NCBI GenBank assembly: GCA_965240325.2
Contig: OZ251254.1
Span: 799,843-863,842, forward strand
Direction of reading: 5' to 3'
DNA length: 64,000 nucleotides
Origin: Rebecca billardiae RCC1528
Taxonomy: Eukaryota > Protista > Haptophyta
The position numbers were made by a program, and so were the translations under genes. The notes beneath the pieces were generated by a model, which had not been told where the DNA came from, ran no database searches, and worked only from the letters and a program-made list of their open reading frames with translations. Positions 24,106 through 35,749 of this stretch are shown in pieces (the stretch's first letter is position 1; every line of letters begins with the position of its first letter).

Positions 24106-25659
24106 ATGTCGACCGTCACCGACGGCTCGAAGTCGGCGAGCCGATACGAGTCGGGTCCACAACGAGGCGATGCCCACCAAGCATCGGGCGCCTCGCGCCG
24201 CCGATGGACCTCGCACGAGGACAACGCGCTGCGCTCGGCGGTGGCGCTCTACGGGCCTCGGCAGGCACGCGCCCCGCGCGCACACCAACCACCGGCGCGC
24301 GGCGGTCACCATCGACCGTTGGTCCTGCCGTTAGCGCCCGCGGCTCTCATGCCCGCGATCCGCCCTCCCGCGTCATCCTCGCGCGCGCAGTGGGCGCTGA
24401 TCGCCGAGCAGATGCCCAACCGCTCGCGCTCGGACTGGCAGTGCCGCGAGCGGTGGCACAACCACCTGCAGCCGTCGGTCTCCAAGGAGAAGTGGTCGAC
24501 GGAGGAGGACGACGTGATTCTCAACGCCGTGCGCCAGATGGGGCAGGTGCGCCGCGCGCCGCCGCCGCCGCCGCCACGCCGTCGCCGCCGCCGCCGTGCA
24601 GCCGCCGCGCCGCCGCCGCTCATCCGCGTGCGCCCCACCCCCCCGCCCCTGCCTTGCACCGCGGCGGCGGGTGCAGCGATGGAGCCAGATCCGCGCGCTT
24701 CTTCCCGCGCGCTCGACGCACGCGCTCAAAAACCGCTACCACGCGCTCTGCCGCCAGCAGCGCGCGGGCCGCCTCAAGCCAGCGGGCGTGAGCAGCGCGC
24801 CTGGCGCCGCGTCGGATGAGCCGACGACCGGCGCTGAGGACTCGGCGGCGGACGAGCAGAGCAACGCCGACCGGTCCGTCACCGACGACGCGTCGGGCTC
24901 GGGCGCGCGCGCTGCGCAGCCCGCGCAGTGCGGCGCCCCCGGTGCGAACGGCGACGCGGCGGGTGCTCGCACCAACTGGGCGCGCAGCGGCGGCGCGGCG
25001 GCGAGCACGCTCTCGCGCGAGCGCGCCAAGCCGCGCGCCGCGGTGAGCCTCGCGCCCCCGCCCGAGGAGCAGATCGAGCGCCCTGTCGCCGCGTTCGCCG
25101 GCAAGACGCGCGGTGCCGACTACGACGGCAGCACGCGCGTGTCCGCCGCGCCGCAGCCGCACGACGCGGCCACTTTCGCCGCCGCCCTCGCCGAGGTGAG
25201 CGGCGCCGCGTCCGGCACGCCCAACCACCAGGCGTTCCTCGACGCGGTGATGAGCGCGCGCGGCGGGTATGAGGCGCTCGGGCTCGGGGCGCGCTGGCCC
25301 GAAGGTGCGCCTCCCGCCGAGCTCGGCGGCGGCGGCGGCGGCGACGACGACGGCGGCGGCGGCGAGGTCGATCCGAGCGTGGCGCTGCGCCGCGAGAAGA
25401 TCTGCCAGCTCACCGTGCAGCTGCTCGCGTGCTCGCGCGTGCCGCCCGAGCTGCCGCAGCGCAACGCGCTCGTGGACTCGGTGCTCGAGCAGCTGCGTGC
25501 GCTGTTCCTCGGAGAGCCTGGCGCGGGCGGGGGCGGCACGACTGGCAGCTCACCCGACTGCGCGGCGGCGGTGGCTGCGGCGGCGGCGATGCATGCGCAG
25601 CAGCAGGCGCAGGCGCGGACACAGCAGCAGACGCAGACGTCGATGCTGCAGCACGCGGC

Positions 25660-25755
<96 letters not shown>

Positions 25756-26251
25756 GTTACAGCAGCAGCAGCAGCAGCGGGCAGCCGCGCTGGGCGAGGG
25801 GCTGGGCCAGGGGCTGCAAAGCCCGTGGGGCGCGGAGGCGCCCGGCGGGCAGTACGCGCCCGCGCGGCAGCACGGCGGGCTCGGAGCTGCGGACGGCGGC
25901 GGGTACGGCGACGGGGACGCGCGTGCGAGCGGAGTGCCCGCGAGCATGGAGGTCGAGCTGGGCGGCATGGGCGGCGTCAACTTCGCCCTGAGCGGGCTGC
26001 CCCCTGAGACGCTGCTCGCGCTCAGCCAGCAGCTGCAGACGTCACAGCGGCAGCAGCAGGCGGGGCAGCAGCAGCAGCAGCTGCAGCTCTTCGCCGCGCA
26101 GCTGCGCATGCAGGAGCACGCGCAGCAGCAGGCGGCCGGCTGGCAGCCGCCCAGCAGCATGGGCGCGATGGCCGGCATGCAGCAGCTCTACAATTTCGGC
26201 GGCGGCGTGCAGCAGCAGCCCGGCGGACAGAATCCGTACGGCATGCGCTGA
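24106..26251 (+). CDS. R2R3-type MYB transcription factor with polyQ (3 exons: 24106-24264, 24391-24546, 24677-26251)
   Basis: WTSHEDNALRSAV..WALIAEQM..QCRERWHNHL..WSTEEDDVIL..WSQIRALLPARSTHALKNRY after removing a GC-AG and a GT-AG intron. Confidence 0.9.
25661..25777 (+). repeat. (CAG)n polyglutamine tract
   Basis: About 30 uninterrupted CAG codons, then RL and further CAGs. Confidence 0.95.
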
Positions 26252-26313
26252 GTCCCATGGGTGAGTCTGTGTGACAGCGGTCCGACAGTGTTCCGAGTGT
26301 GAGTGTGTGACTC

Positions 26314-26317
<4 letters not shown>

Positions 26318-26385
<68 letters not shown>

Positions 26386-26404
26386 GTGACTCGATATATA
26401 TATC

Positions 26405-26470
<66 letters not shown>
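26318..26470. repeat. Adjacent (CT)n and (AT)n microsatellites
   Basis: Direct inspection. Confidence 0.95.
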
Positions 26471-26472
<2 letters not shown>

Positions 26473-27253
26473 ATCTTTAAATTAGCGCAATGACAATACT
26501 ACGCCGTACTAGTCGTCTCACTACCGCTACGACGTACGATCCGACCGCCTGACGAGTGAACGAAGAGTGTTAGACGACTATAGTCTCGGAGACTAGTCGT
26601 CTGCCAACACTCTTATCGTTCGGACATTGACGGTCTGACCGCGACGTAGTACTCGTAGTAGCGCTTATTAGTCCGAATCACTCCGGGCTACATCATTGTT
26701 AGTGTTACATAGCAGCGACATATGAGTTGTAAATGGCCGCGGCCGCGCGGGATTCCATCCGCGTCGCCGATCAGCTGCTCGGAGGCCCTGACGGGCAGCA
26801 ACCGTCGGTAAGTCGGGAGTGGCGCCGAGTGACTGAGTAGTGAGTGCCAGAACAGCAGACCGACGAAGAACACCGTTCCGATCCGAGCGCAGCCACCGAG
26901 CGCAGCCACTACCGTCGCGAGGGGACCGTTTCATTTCGTCTTTATTATTTTCCGCCCGCCAATAATATCCGCCATCATCAAATAATATTGAATATTATAA
27001 CTCATCCGCCCCGAAATTAATGACAGCATGCGCGCAGCGACCGAGCCGTCCACGCCGGCGGAGGAGGATGGGCCCTCCTCCGCCGGCGGGAGCGACGCCA
27101 AGCCGGCCAAGCAGGCTCGCACCGCGTCCCTCGGCGACCCCCCCCGTGACCTGGCTGCCGCCGTGCCGCCCGGTCGCTGGCGTAGAGCCGCGCGCGGCGC
27201 TGGCGCGCCAGACGCGCCCGGTTGGGCAGCGCAGGCACCCTCCAGCGCAGCCA

Positions 27254-27358
27254 GGACGACGACTTCCTCAACGGCAAGGGCGACGACTTCCTCTGCGGCC
27301 AGGGCGACGACTTCCTCAACGGCAAGGACGACGACTTCCTCAACGGCAAGGGCGACCA
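27254..27358 (+). repeat. 24-bp minisatellite, about 4.3 units
   Basis: GG(A/G)CGACGACTTCCTCAACGGCAA repeated. Confidence 0.9.
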
Positions 27359-27719
27359 CGTTCCCTCAACTTGGGAAGGCCACTAGGCCGCGCACACCGG
27401 CCCGGGCGACCACATCCACTACCTGCGCACTACGGCATCAACTTGAACAGCCTCGGACGACGACGACGCGGGCAACTACTAGTTAGTGAACTACATGATG
27501 ACCAAGGCCGCGACTCGACGACTGCAAAACAGCTGCATCCCCGGGCGCCCGTACTACCTCAGTGACCGTGTGATCAGCATCGGTTACGACGACTCCCTCA
27601 CCCGCGGCCAACGCGCTCCGACATCCTCATCCATTAACTCCATTCAGTACTTCGACAGACGAATCAGGAGAGCTGCGCCCTCGTGCCTGTGTCTTTAATA
27701 AAGGCATAGAATTAGTCCG

Positions 27720-29245
27720 AAAACTGTGCGCCCTGGCGGGCGGGGTGGTCGGCGGGCCGTGCCAGTGCTGTCGCAATGTTTCCTCTGCTGCGGGTTTGCG
27801 CGTCTTTCCACATTCGCTCGTGGCCGTGGGTGACGGACAGTCCGAGGGCGAGAACCAACGGTGACACCTGAAGTTCTCCCTGCGGCGTGTACACGTCTGT
27901 GCGCATCAGCAAGGCCCACACCCACGAGGGAATGCGCAGCACGCGGGGCGGGGCGGGTAGCCCGTTGCTCCGCGCGAGCGCGGGTACGCGCTGTATGTGC
28001 CACATCTCGACCGTGATGGCGAAATCGAGCGCCTCGCCGTCGACGAAGCCGCCAGAGTAGATCGTGTGCATGTGCTTCTGCCGCCAGCCGAGAGCAGTCG
28101 TCGCGAGGATGCCGATGTCCGCTCCGGGCATGATGGGCTCGGTGAAGGTCGCGTTGACGTCGTACATGGCCGCCACGCTGAGCACGAGCGCGTTGACGTT
28201 CACGCGGTCGTCGCTCTTCGCCTCTTCGACAGGTCTGGCGCCCGCGTGTTTGGCGGCACGAGGAGCTGTTGGTTGTGCGCGCGCGCGCGCACAGCGACAG
28301 CGTGTGCCACTCGCGATCAAGAGTGGGCACGAGCTGCTCATGTGGGCACACGAATCGCAGCGCATCCGTCACCGGCGTGACGACTTCCGCCTCGTTCCGC
28401 AGCGCCTGCGCCATGGACGAGGATGGCGCGTCGATGTTGCATGCTCGACGTTTCATCTCTCTGCGGATGGCATAACGGGGTTGTCTGTGTCGCACTGCGG
28501 CGAGGGTCGCCAGCTCGCGAAGACGCGGTTGCTGCAACGGCGACAGACCCGGGAGGCGCGTCTGCTGCGCGTCGTACGCCGTTGGCGCTGCGCTTCCGTC
28601 GCATTGGTCACCGTCGACGCCATGCACGCCGGACGCGGGCTTCACTCGGGCTGACCGGCGGAGGGACCGCGAGCGACAGTCCGGTGCGCGGATTCTGCCA
28701 ATCCGATCGAGTTCAGAAGCGGCGCCAAATCTTGCGTCGCGTGCGATGGCGCTTCCCGCCCGCGAGACACCTCGTGATGAGGGCCTTTCCGCACCGAGCT
28801 CGACGCGCGGCGGTGGATCGCGCGAGGTGGTTGTCGCGCGCAGCGCTTGTTACTATGACCCGTGCGAGCGCTCGACGTGCAAGTCGGGGGAGGATCGCCC
28901 CAGGTCGCACGATCGTGTCGACGCGCCGGGCGTACCTCCAAACGGCGTCGACTTTGGCCCCCGTTCGACCTGCACGCGAGACGACGTGGGCAGCAATCGT
29001 GAATCGGGCGAAAATCCCCTGGGAGTCCTCTCACGATGTCCGTGCCGGCGTTGGATTCGGCGCGCGCCGCCCACGCGCTCCGCGCCAGCCTGAACCGATT
29101 TTCGGCCCAGCGTCCCCAGTGGGAGAGCGCTGCGAGGGCGCCCGCCCGGCGGGCGGGCGCCCGGTAGTGAGCGAAGCGATATTCTTTGCGAGGCGTTTTT
29201 CTTTTTTCTTTTCTTTTTCTTATCTTTTTCCCTACGGCCCGCCAT
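27720..29245 (-). mobile_element. Hairpin-ended Ulp1 element, isolated copy 10 (diverged subfamily)
   Basis: AAAACTGTGCGCCCTGGCGGG at 27720 to CCTACGGCCCGCCAT at 29245; no TSD seen. Confidence 0.85.
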
Positions 29246-29367
29246 ACAGCCGCCGCCGAGCCGTCCGGGCGACGCGGCGGCCCCCGCCCCCCGCGGCCCC
29301 CGCCCCCCGACGGCCTCCCGCGCTCGTTCTCCAGAGTTCGCGCCCGCGCACCAGCTGGCGGCCCACC

Positions 29368-30923
29368 ATGGCGATTGAGGACGAGGATGGCGATCCGGTC
29401 AGCACGACGGCGATCGTGGTCTCGTGCGTGGCAATCGCGTTCTGCACGCTCTTCGCCGGCCTGATGTCCGGGCTCACCGTCGGCCTCCTCTCGCTCGACC
29501 CGCTCAACCTGCGCGTGATCGAGCAGAACGGCTCGGCAAAGGACCGGCAGCACGCGGCGGCGGTGCGCCCGCTGATCGAGCAGCACCACCTGCTGCTCGT
29601 CACGCTGCTGCTGTCGAACGCGACGGCGATGGAGTCGCTCCCGCTCTTCCTCGACACCCTCGTCCCGCAGTGGGCCGCCGTCGTCATCTCGGTCACGCTC
29701 GTGCTCATGTTTGGCGAGGTGATCCCACAGGCGATCTGCACCGGGCCGAACCGGCTGGCGATCGGCGCGGCGCTCGTGCCGCTCGTGCGCGTGTGCATGG
29801 CCGCGACCATCGTCGTCTCCTACCCGCTCGCGAAGCTGCTCGACTGGCTGCTCGGTGCGCGCGCGCCGCGCCCACGCCACGCCCCGTGTGTCGCGCGCAC
29901 GCGCTCACGTCGCGTCGCGCGCGCGCGCGCGCGCACAGGCGACGAGCACGGGCCTCACCTGTACGGGCGCGGCGAGCTGAAGGCGCTGATCGGGCTGCAC
30001 GTGGGCGGCGAGCTCACGGCGCACGACTCGTCCTTCGACGCGAACGGCGGCGGCGGCGGCGGCGGCGCTGAGCCGCCTCCGGTCGGCAGCCGGCGCGGCT
30101 CCACGGGGCCCGCGGCGCCCGGCCCAGAGCGACCGCAGGCGCGGCGGCAGTCGTCGTCGTTCTTCGACTGGCTGGCGGGCGGGCACCACGGCGGCGGCCA
30201 CCCGCCGCCGCAGCCGCCCGCGATCACCAGGCCGCGCTCCGCCTCGAGCCTCACGATGGGCGGCGGCGGGTGCGGCGAGGGCAGCGTGCGCGGCGCGAGC
30301 GCGCCCGGCCCGCACGACGGCGGCGGCGGTCTTCTGCGCGAGGAGGCGACGATCATCGCGCAGGTGCTGGACGCGAGCGCGAAGACGGCGGCGGACATGA
30401 TGACGCCGTGGAGCGACGTCACGCTCATCGAGAACGGCGCCAAGCTCGACCAACACATGCTGCGGACCCTCGTGCACTTTGGGCGCTCGCGGCTGCCCGT
30501 GATTGGCACGGGCGGCGGCGTGGGCGCGGGCGGCGGCGCGGACGGCGGCGCGGACGGCGGCGCCAAGGGCGGCGCAGGCGCGCGCGGCGACACGCACGAC
30601 GTGCGCGGCGTGCTGCTGGTGAACGCGCTGGTCGAGCTCAGCGCGGAGGACAACCTCTCCGTCGCCGACCTGCGCCTCGTCAAGCCGGTGATCGTCGACC
30701 CCGCCACGCCCCTCTTTGAGCTGCTCGCCGAGTTCCAGCGCGGCCGCTGCCACATGGCCCTGGTCACGCGGCAGTGGCGGCTGGCGCGCGCGTGCCTCGC
30801 GGAGGGGCGCGCGGACGCGGCGCTGAGCGAGGCGGAGGGGGAGGAGGGCGGGCGCGGGCGCTCCGAGTCGAGCAGCGGCACGCCCCTCGGCCAGCCCAGC
30901 CCGGACTCGTCGCCCGGCCGCTC

Positions 30924-30954
<31 letters not shown>

Positions 30955-32098
30955 TCGGCGCCCGCCGGCGCGCCGAGCGGCGCGCCCGCCGGCAGCGCCG
31001 CGGCGCCGGCGGGTCCGCCGCGGCGCTGGATGCACCCGTCGGTGCGGTTCGAGGGCCTGGTGACGGTGGAGGACGTGCTGGAGGAGCTGATCGGCGAGGA
31101 GATCGAAGACGAGTTCGACAAGGCGCGCACCGAGGCCCTCAACGGCCTCGCCGGCTACGCGGAGGGACTCAACCCCACGGCGGCGCCGGGCGCGGCGCGG
31201 CGCGGCTCAGCTGGCTCGGCCGCGAGCAGGGAGGTGGCTGCCGCGCGCGTCGCACGGCTCTCGTTCGAGCTGCGCAGCCGGCGCGAGACGCCGATGGCGA
31301 TGCCGCCCGGGCCCCCCCGCGCGCCCGCCGCCGACGCGGCGGAGGAGGCCGCGCCCTCGGCCGCCGACCCGGCCGAGGCTGCGCTCGCCGCCGCGTCGGC
31401 AGCGCACGACGTGGCGGCGGCCGGCGCGGCGGCCATGCTGCGCGCGGCCGACATCGACGCGGCGCCGGCGGTGCCGCGCCATCCGGACAAGGGCGGGCTC
31501 CTGCTCGGCGACGGGGCGGTCCGGCGCGGCACGATCCAGGGGCACGCCGCCGCCGCCGCCGCCGCTGCTGCCGCCGCCGCCGCCGCCGCCGCGCAGATCG
31601 ACGCCAGCCTGACCAGCCTCGCCTCCTCCCCGCGCGGCTCCGTGGCCGCCTCTGTCGCCGGGGCGCCGCGCGCCGCGCCGCACAGCGACCCATCCGCGCC
31701 GCACAGCGACCCGACTGCCAGCCGGTTCCCGCCGCCGCCGCTCTCGCCCGAGCTGATCCGCGCGGCCGCGGCGGTGGCCGTGCCTGCGCCCGCCGCCGCC
31801 GCCGCCGCGTCGGACGGCGTGCCCCCCGCCGCGTCGATGCCCCTGCTCGCCTCGGTCGGCCCGTCCGGCGCGTCCGCGGGGCCTGTCGAGAAGCTTCTCA
31901 ACCAGTACGAGCGGAGGATGAGAAGGCGGCAGCTCACGTTCAGCGGCTTTGTGCCGTCCAAGCCCTCGTCGGCGCGGCGGGGGCGGTCCAAGGCGGGCTC
32001 CTTCGGCGCGGCCCGCCACCCGATCCGCCGCTCGGGCACAGACGTCTGCACCGAGCCCGTCTCCATTGCCGACGTGATCGACCGGATGGCGGCGGCGG

Positions 32099-32133
<35 letters not shown>

Positions 32134-33048
32134 AGTCGCGGCGTGCGGAAGCAGCGGCGCAGCGCGGGCGGCGCGTCGGACTGCACCGGCGCGTGCTCGA
32201 GCAGTGCCGCCTTCCTCCGCGTCGCCTCGCTCCCGCCCGCGCGGCCAGAGTCGCACTCTGCCGCCGCCTCCTTCAAGCGCCACGCCACCGAGCCGCGCGG
32301 CTCTGAGAGCGGCTCGTTCGGCCACCACCCTGCCCACCCGGCGGCGTACGCCTCTTCCTACTCGCGCGCGGACTCGGCGGAGTCGGACAGCGTGCTGGCG
32401 AGGCTCGAGGCGGCGGGCGGGGGCGGGGGCGGCGGCGGCGGCGGCGGCTCGCACGGCTGCGCGCAGCTCGCCGCGCCGACGGGCGTGCGCGCGAGCGCGC
32501 GCGCGGGCGGCGGCGCGTACGCGCCCAAGCAGCGGCTCGGCCGCAGCCGGCAGTCGTCGTCGGGGCTCGAGCTGGGCGCAGCGCAGCACGGCGCGCAGCA
32601 CGGCGCGCAGCACGGCGGCCACGGCGTGGACGACTCGCCGCAGCAGCGCGCGCGCACGGCGGCGGCGCTGCACGGCGCGCACGGCGGCGGCGGCGCGGAC
32701 AACTCGCCGCAGCAGCGCGCGCGCACGGCGGCGGCGCTGAGCGCAGGGCTGCACGGCTACACGCGCCTCGCCGAGCCCGCGCCGCCCTCTTGCTCCAGCA
32801 CCGCGTCCGCGTCCGCGTCCGCGCGCTCGGCGCGCGCCGAGCACGAGGGGCGCAGCGCGAGCGCGGACGAGGACTTCTTCTCCGCGATGCTGGCGCGCGC
32901 GCGCGGCTCGGTCTCCGCGTGTGAGCCGGACGCGGGTCTGTACACGCTGCCGCTCACCACGCCGCACCTCTCCGCAGCCACCAGCCGCCGGCTGACGCCG
33001 CCCGCCGGCTGCTCCGACGGCTCGGATGCGGAGGACGAGGAGCCGTGA
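29368..33048 (+). CDS. CNNM/DUF21 transmembrane plus CBS-pair metal (Mg2+) transport-family protein; intron 29855-29938
   Basis: FAGLMSGLTVGLLSLD, HHLLLVTLLLSNATAMESLP, FGEVIPQAIC, GRSRLPV, FQRGRCHMALV, GLVTVEDVLEELIGEEIEDEFD. Confidence 0.92.
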
Positions 33049-33177
33049 CCGTGACGCCCCCGACGGGCAGCGCCTTGCAGCGACTATGCACGGTGCCGCA
33101 GTGCGCTGCCGCCGAGTCGCGCGGCGGTCATCGCGCGCGCGCGCTATAGCTTAGTATTAGCTTATTAGCATTAGTGG

Positions 33178-33343
33178 TACGGGGGGTCCAAGCCAGCAGC
33201 CCACCGATTGGTGATATTTGACAACCGCCATGCCATGTTCTAAATTACTATAACTGTAGGCGTCTGATGAGCGTGACGCAGTGACGCTTGCGGAGTCAGC
33301 GCAGATTAAAAAGACCGGACGGCGTTTGTCCACCTGGCGCAAC
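33178..33343 (+). mobile_element. Degenerate left end of the CACTG element family
   Basis: GGGGGTCCAAGCCAGCAGCCCACCGATTGGTGATATTTGACAACC...GTCTGATGAGCGTG...GCTTGCGGAG aligns by eye to ~14664-14750. Confidence 0.65.
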
Positions 33344-33352
33344 GCCCCTGCC

Positions 33353-34465
33353 AAGGGAGTCAAGGGTGCCCGCGCCCCAGTGGCGCGCTCGGCGGATGTG
33401 AGCACACAGATTTTTGCCCGCGGCCTGTGGCGGGCGGCGGCGAGGGCGTGCTGATGCTCCGGTGGCGGAGCGAGCGCACGGGGCACGGCGCTGCGGGCGC
33501 GGATGTGCCCGCGAAGCCGGCGCGTGCGGACGGGCAGTTGCGGGAGAGCATATGGCGCCCTCCTGCGCCGCGCGACTTGCGCCACGCCTCTTTCGCCTCG
33601 GCTCAGAGCAGCGCGCACGCACGCGCCGCCTCAAGGCCAGCCTTGCCGCGCCGCAGCCGGCCGCGCGCGCGCCGTGTGCGGCGTGGTCGGGAAGGAGCGG
33701 GCGCTGCTGCCGGGCGAGATGGCGACATCGCGTGCGCACGCCATGCCGCCCCGTGGCGCCGCGAAAGGGCACGAGAACGGATCCGCACAGCTGTTGACGA
33801 GTGCTGATTACTTGTCGTGCCTGAAGCCAGACCTGAGCTCGAAGAAGATGATGAAAGAGCATCAGCGCGAGGAAAGCGTCGCACCCAGCACTTCTGCATG
33901 ACCACGCGGTGATGAACATTCATGTAAGAGTAGCCCGCGTGCCCGTCTGGCACTGTTCTGCGTCTCAATGATCGTCCCGACAAGGGTCACGACCGCGAGG
34001 CCGTGCACACCATTTGTGACAAGTCAAAGAGGCATGCAAACGGACCGACGACGCACTCGTCAAGGCGTGGCGGGGCGGCATGGCGTGCGCGCATGATGTC
34101 GCCATCTCGCCCGGCAGCAGCGCCCGCTCCTTCCCGACCACGCCGCGCACGGCGCGCGCGCGGCCGGCTGCGGCGCGGCAAGGCTGGCCTTGAGGCGGCG
34201 CGTGCGTGCGCGCTGCTCTGAGCCGAGGCGAAAGAGGCGTGGCGCAAGTCGCGCGGCGCAGGAGGGCGCCATATGCTCTCCCGCAACTGCCCGTCCGCAC
34301 GCGCCGGCTTCGCGGGCACATCCGCGCCCGCAGCGCCGTGCCCCGTGCGCTCGCTCCGCCACCGGAGCACGCCCTCGCCGCCGCCCGCCGCAGGCCGCGG
34401 GCAAAAATCTGTGTGCTCACATCCGCCGAGCGCGCCACTGGGGCGCGGGCACCCTTGACTCCCTT
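33353..34465. mobile_element. Mutator-like foldback element (~400-bp TIRs, 9-bp TSD)
   Basis: Arms 33353-33753 and 34071-34465; GCCCCTGCC at 33344-33352 and 34466-34474. Confidence 0.9.
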
Positions 34466-34532
34466 GCCCCTGCCCCGCCGGGTGAGTGACTGTCACTGAG
34501 TGTCCGAGACAGCCACTCGTCGTCGCGTCGCC

Positions 34533-35749
34533 ATGGCGCCCGGCGACGCCTCGCGCGCGCGAGCGAGCGGGGCCGGCGGCCGCGCGGCGCGGCGCGCGGT
34601 GGCGGCGGCGGCGCTCGTGCTGCTCGCGGGCGCCCTCCCCGGAGCGCTCGGCGCGCGCTACCACCTCTGCGCCTTCCACTGCCCCGGCTGCGCCGACGCC
34701 CCGTGGCTCTCGTGCCGCCCCGAGCCATGCGACGCCGCGCTGCCCGAGGACGGGTGCGAGGGCGGCGCGGAGGCGCAGCGCCTCGCCGTCGTGCGCGAGG
34801 GGGACGAGCGCGTGCGCAACGCCACCGAGCTCCCGCTGGACGGCCCCGAGGCGTGCGCCGCCGCCATCGCCGCCGCGCCCGCGCGCGCGCTCGCCGCCGC
34901 GGCGCGCGCCAACGCGAACGCTGCCACCGCCGCCGCCGCCGCCGCCGCCGCCGCGGACGAGGGCGCAGCCGAGGCTGGCGCGTCGGACGAGGAGGCGGAG
35001 GGCGACGACCCCGCTCCGCCCCCGCCGCCCAGCTGGGCGCGCCCCGCGTGGGGCTCCTTCGCCGAGCGCTGCGCCGTGTGCATGCAGCTCGTGCGCGCGG
35101 CCGAGCGGCTGCTCGCCGAGGCCGCGCACGGCGCGGCCGCGCACGAGGACGCGGCCGCGCTGTGCGCCGCGGCGCGCGCGCGCGCGCGGCGCGCGATCCA
35201 GTCGGTGCGCTCGTGCAGGCTGAGCCGGCACGCGCGCCGCCGGGCGCTCGAGGCCGCCGGCCGCGCGTACGACGCCGAGGAGGGCGCGGTGCGCGCGCGC
35301 GCCGCGCCGCGCGCGCCGCGGCCGAGCGCGCCGCACTGCGCGCCACCGCCCGCGCCGCGCCGCCGCTCACGCGCGCGCGCGCGCGCCGCGCGGTGCCGGC
35401 GCAGTGCGCCGAGCTCGCCGCGGAGCTGGCGGACGAGACGTGCGCCGCCGTGCTCGAGCACGCGCGCGCGCGCGCCGCGGGCCAGCCCGCTGTGCCCTCC
35501 GCCGCCGCGCTGCGCGCGCGCATCGGCGCCGCGTGCGGGCGCAAGATGAGCGCGCGCGCGCGCGCGGACGGCAGCGCGCAGTGCGGCGCCGTGCCCGGCG
35601 CGCTGACGTGCGAGCCCGCGCCTGACCGGACGTATTGGGTGGCGGGCGTGAGCTGCGCGCTCGGCGGCGTGCTCTTCTGGGCGCAGCTCGCCTCGTTCAG
35701 CCGCTTCAAGCGCGCGCAGGCCGTGGGCAGCTACCTGCATGACGAGTGA
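34533..35749 (+). CDS. Cys-rich predicted type I membrane protein, possibly saposin-like; intron 35289-35404
   Basis: Hydrophobic signal (AVAAAALVLLAGALPGALG), CAVCMQLV motif, C-terminal TM (YWVAGVSCALGGVLFW); GT-AG splice joins two ORFs in frame. Confidence 0.65.

Noticed and set aside
28423-29367. N-terminal 315 aa of the 1541-aa ORF
   Set aside because: Mostly antisense read-through of transposon copy 10; DUF21 homology begins after ATG 29368.
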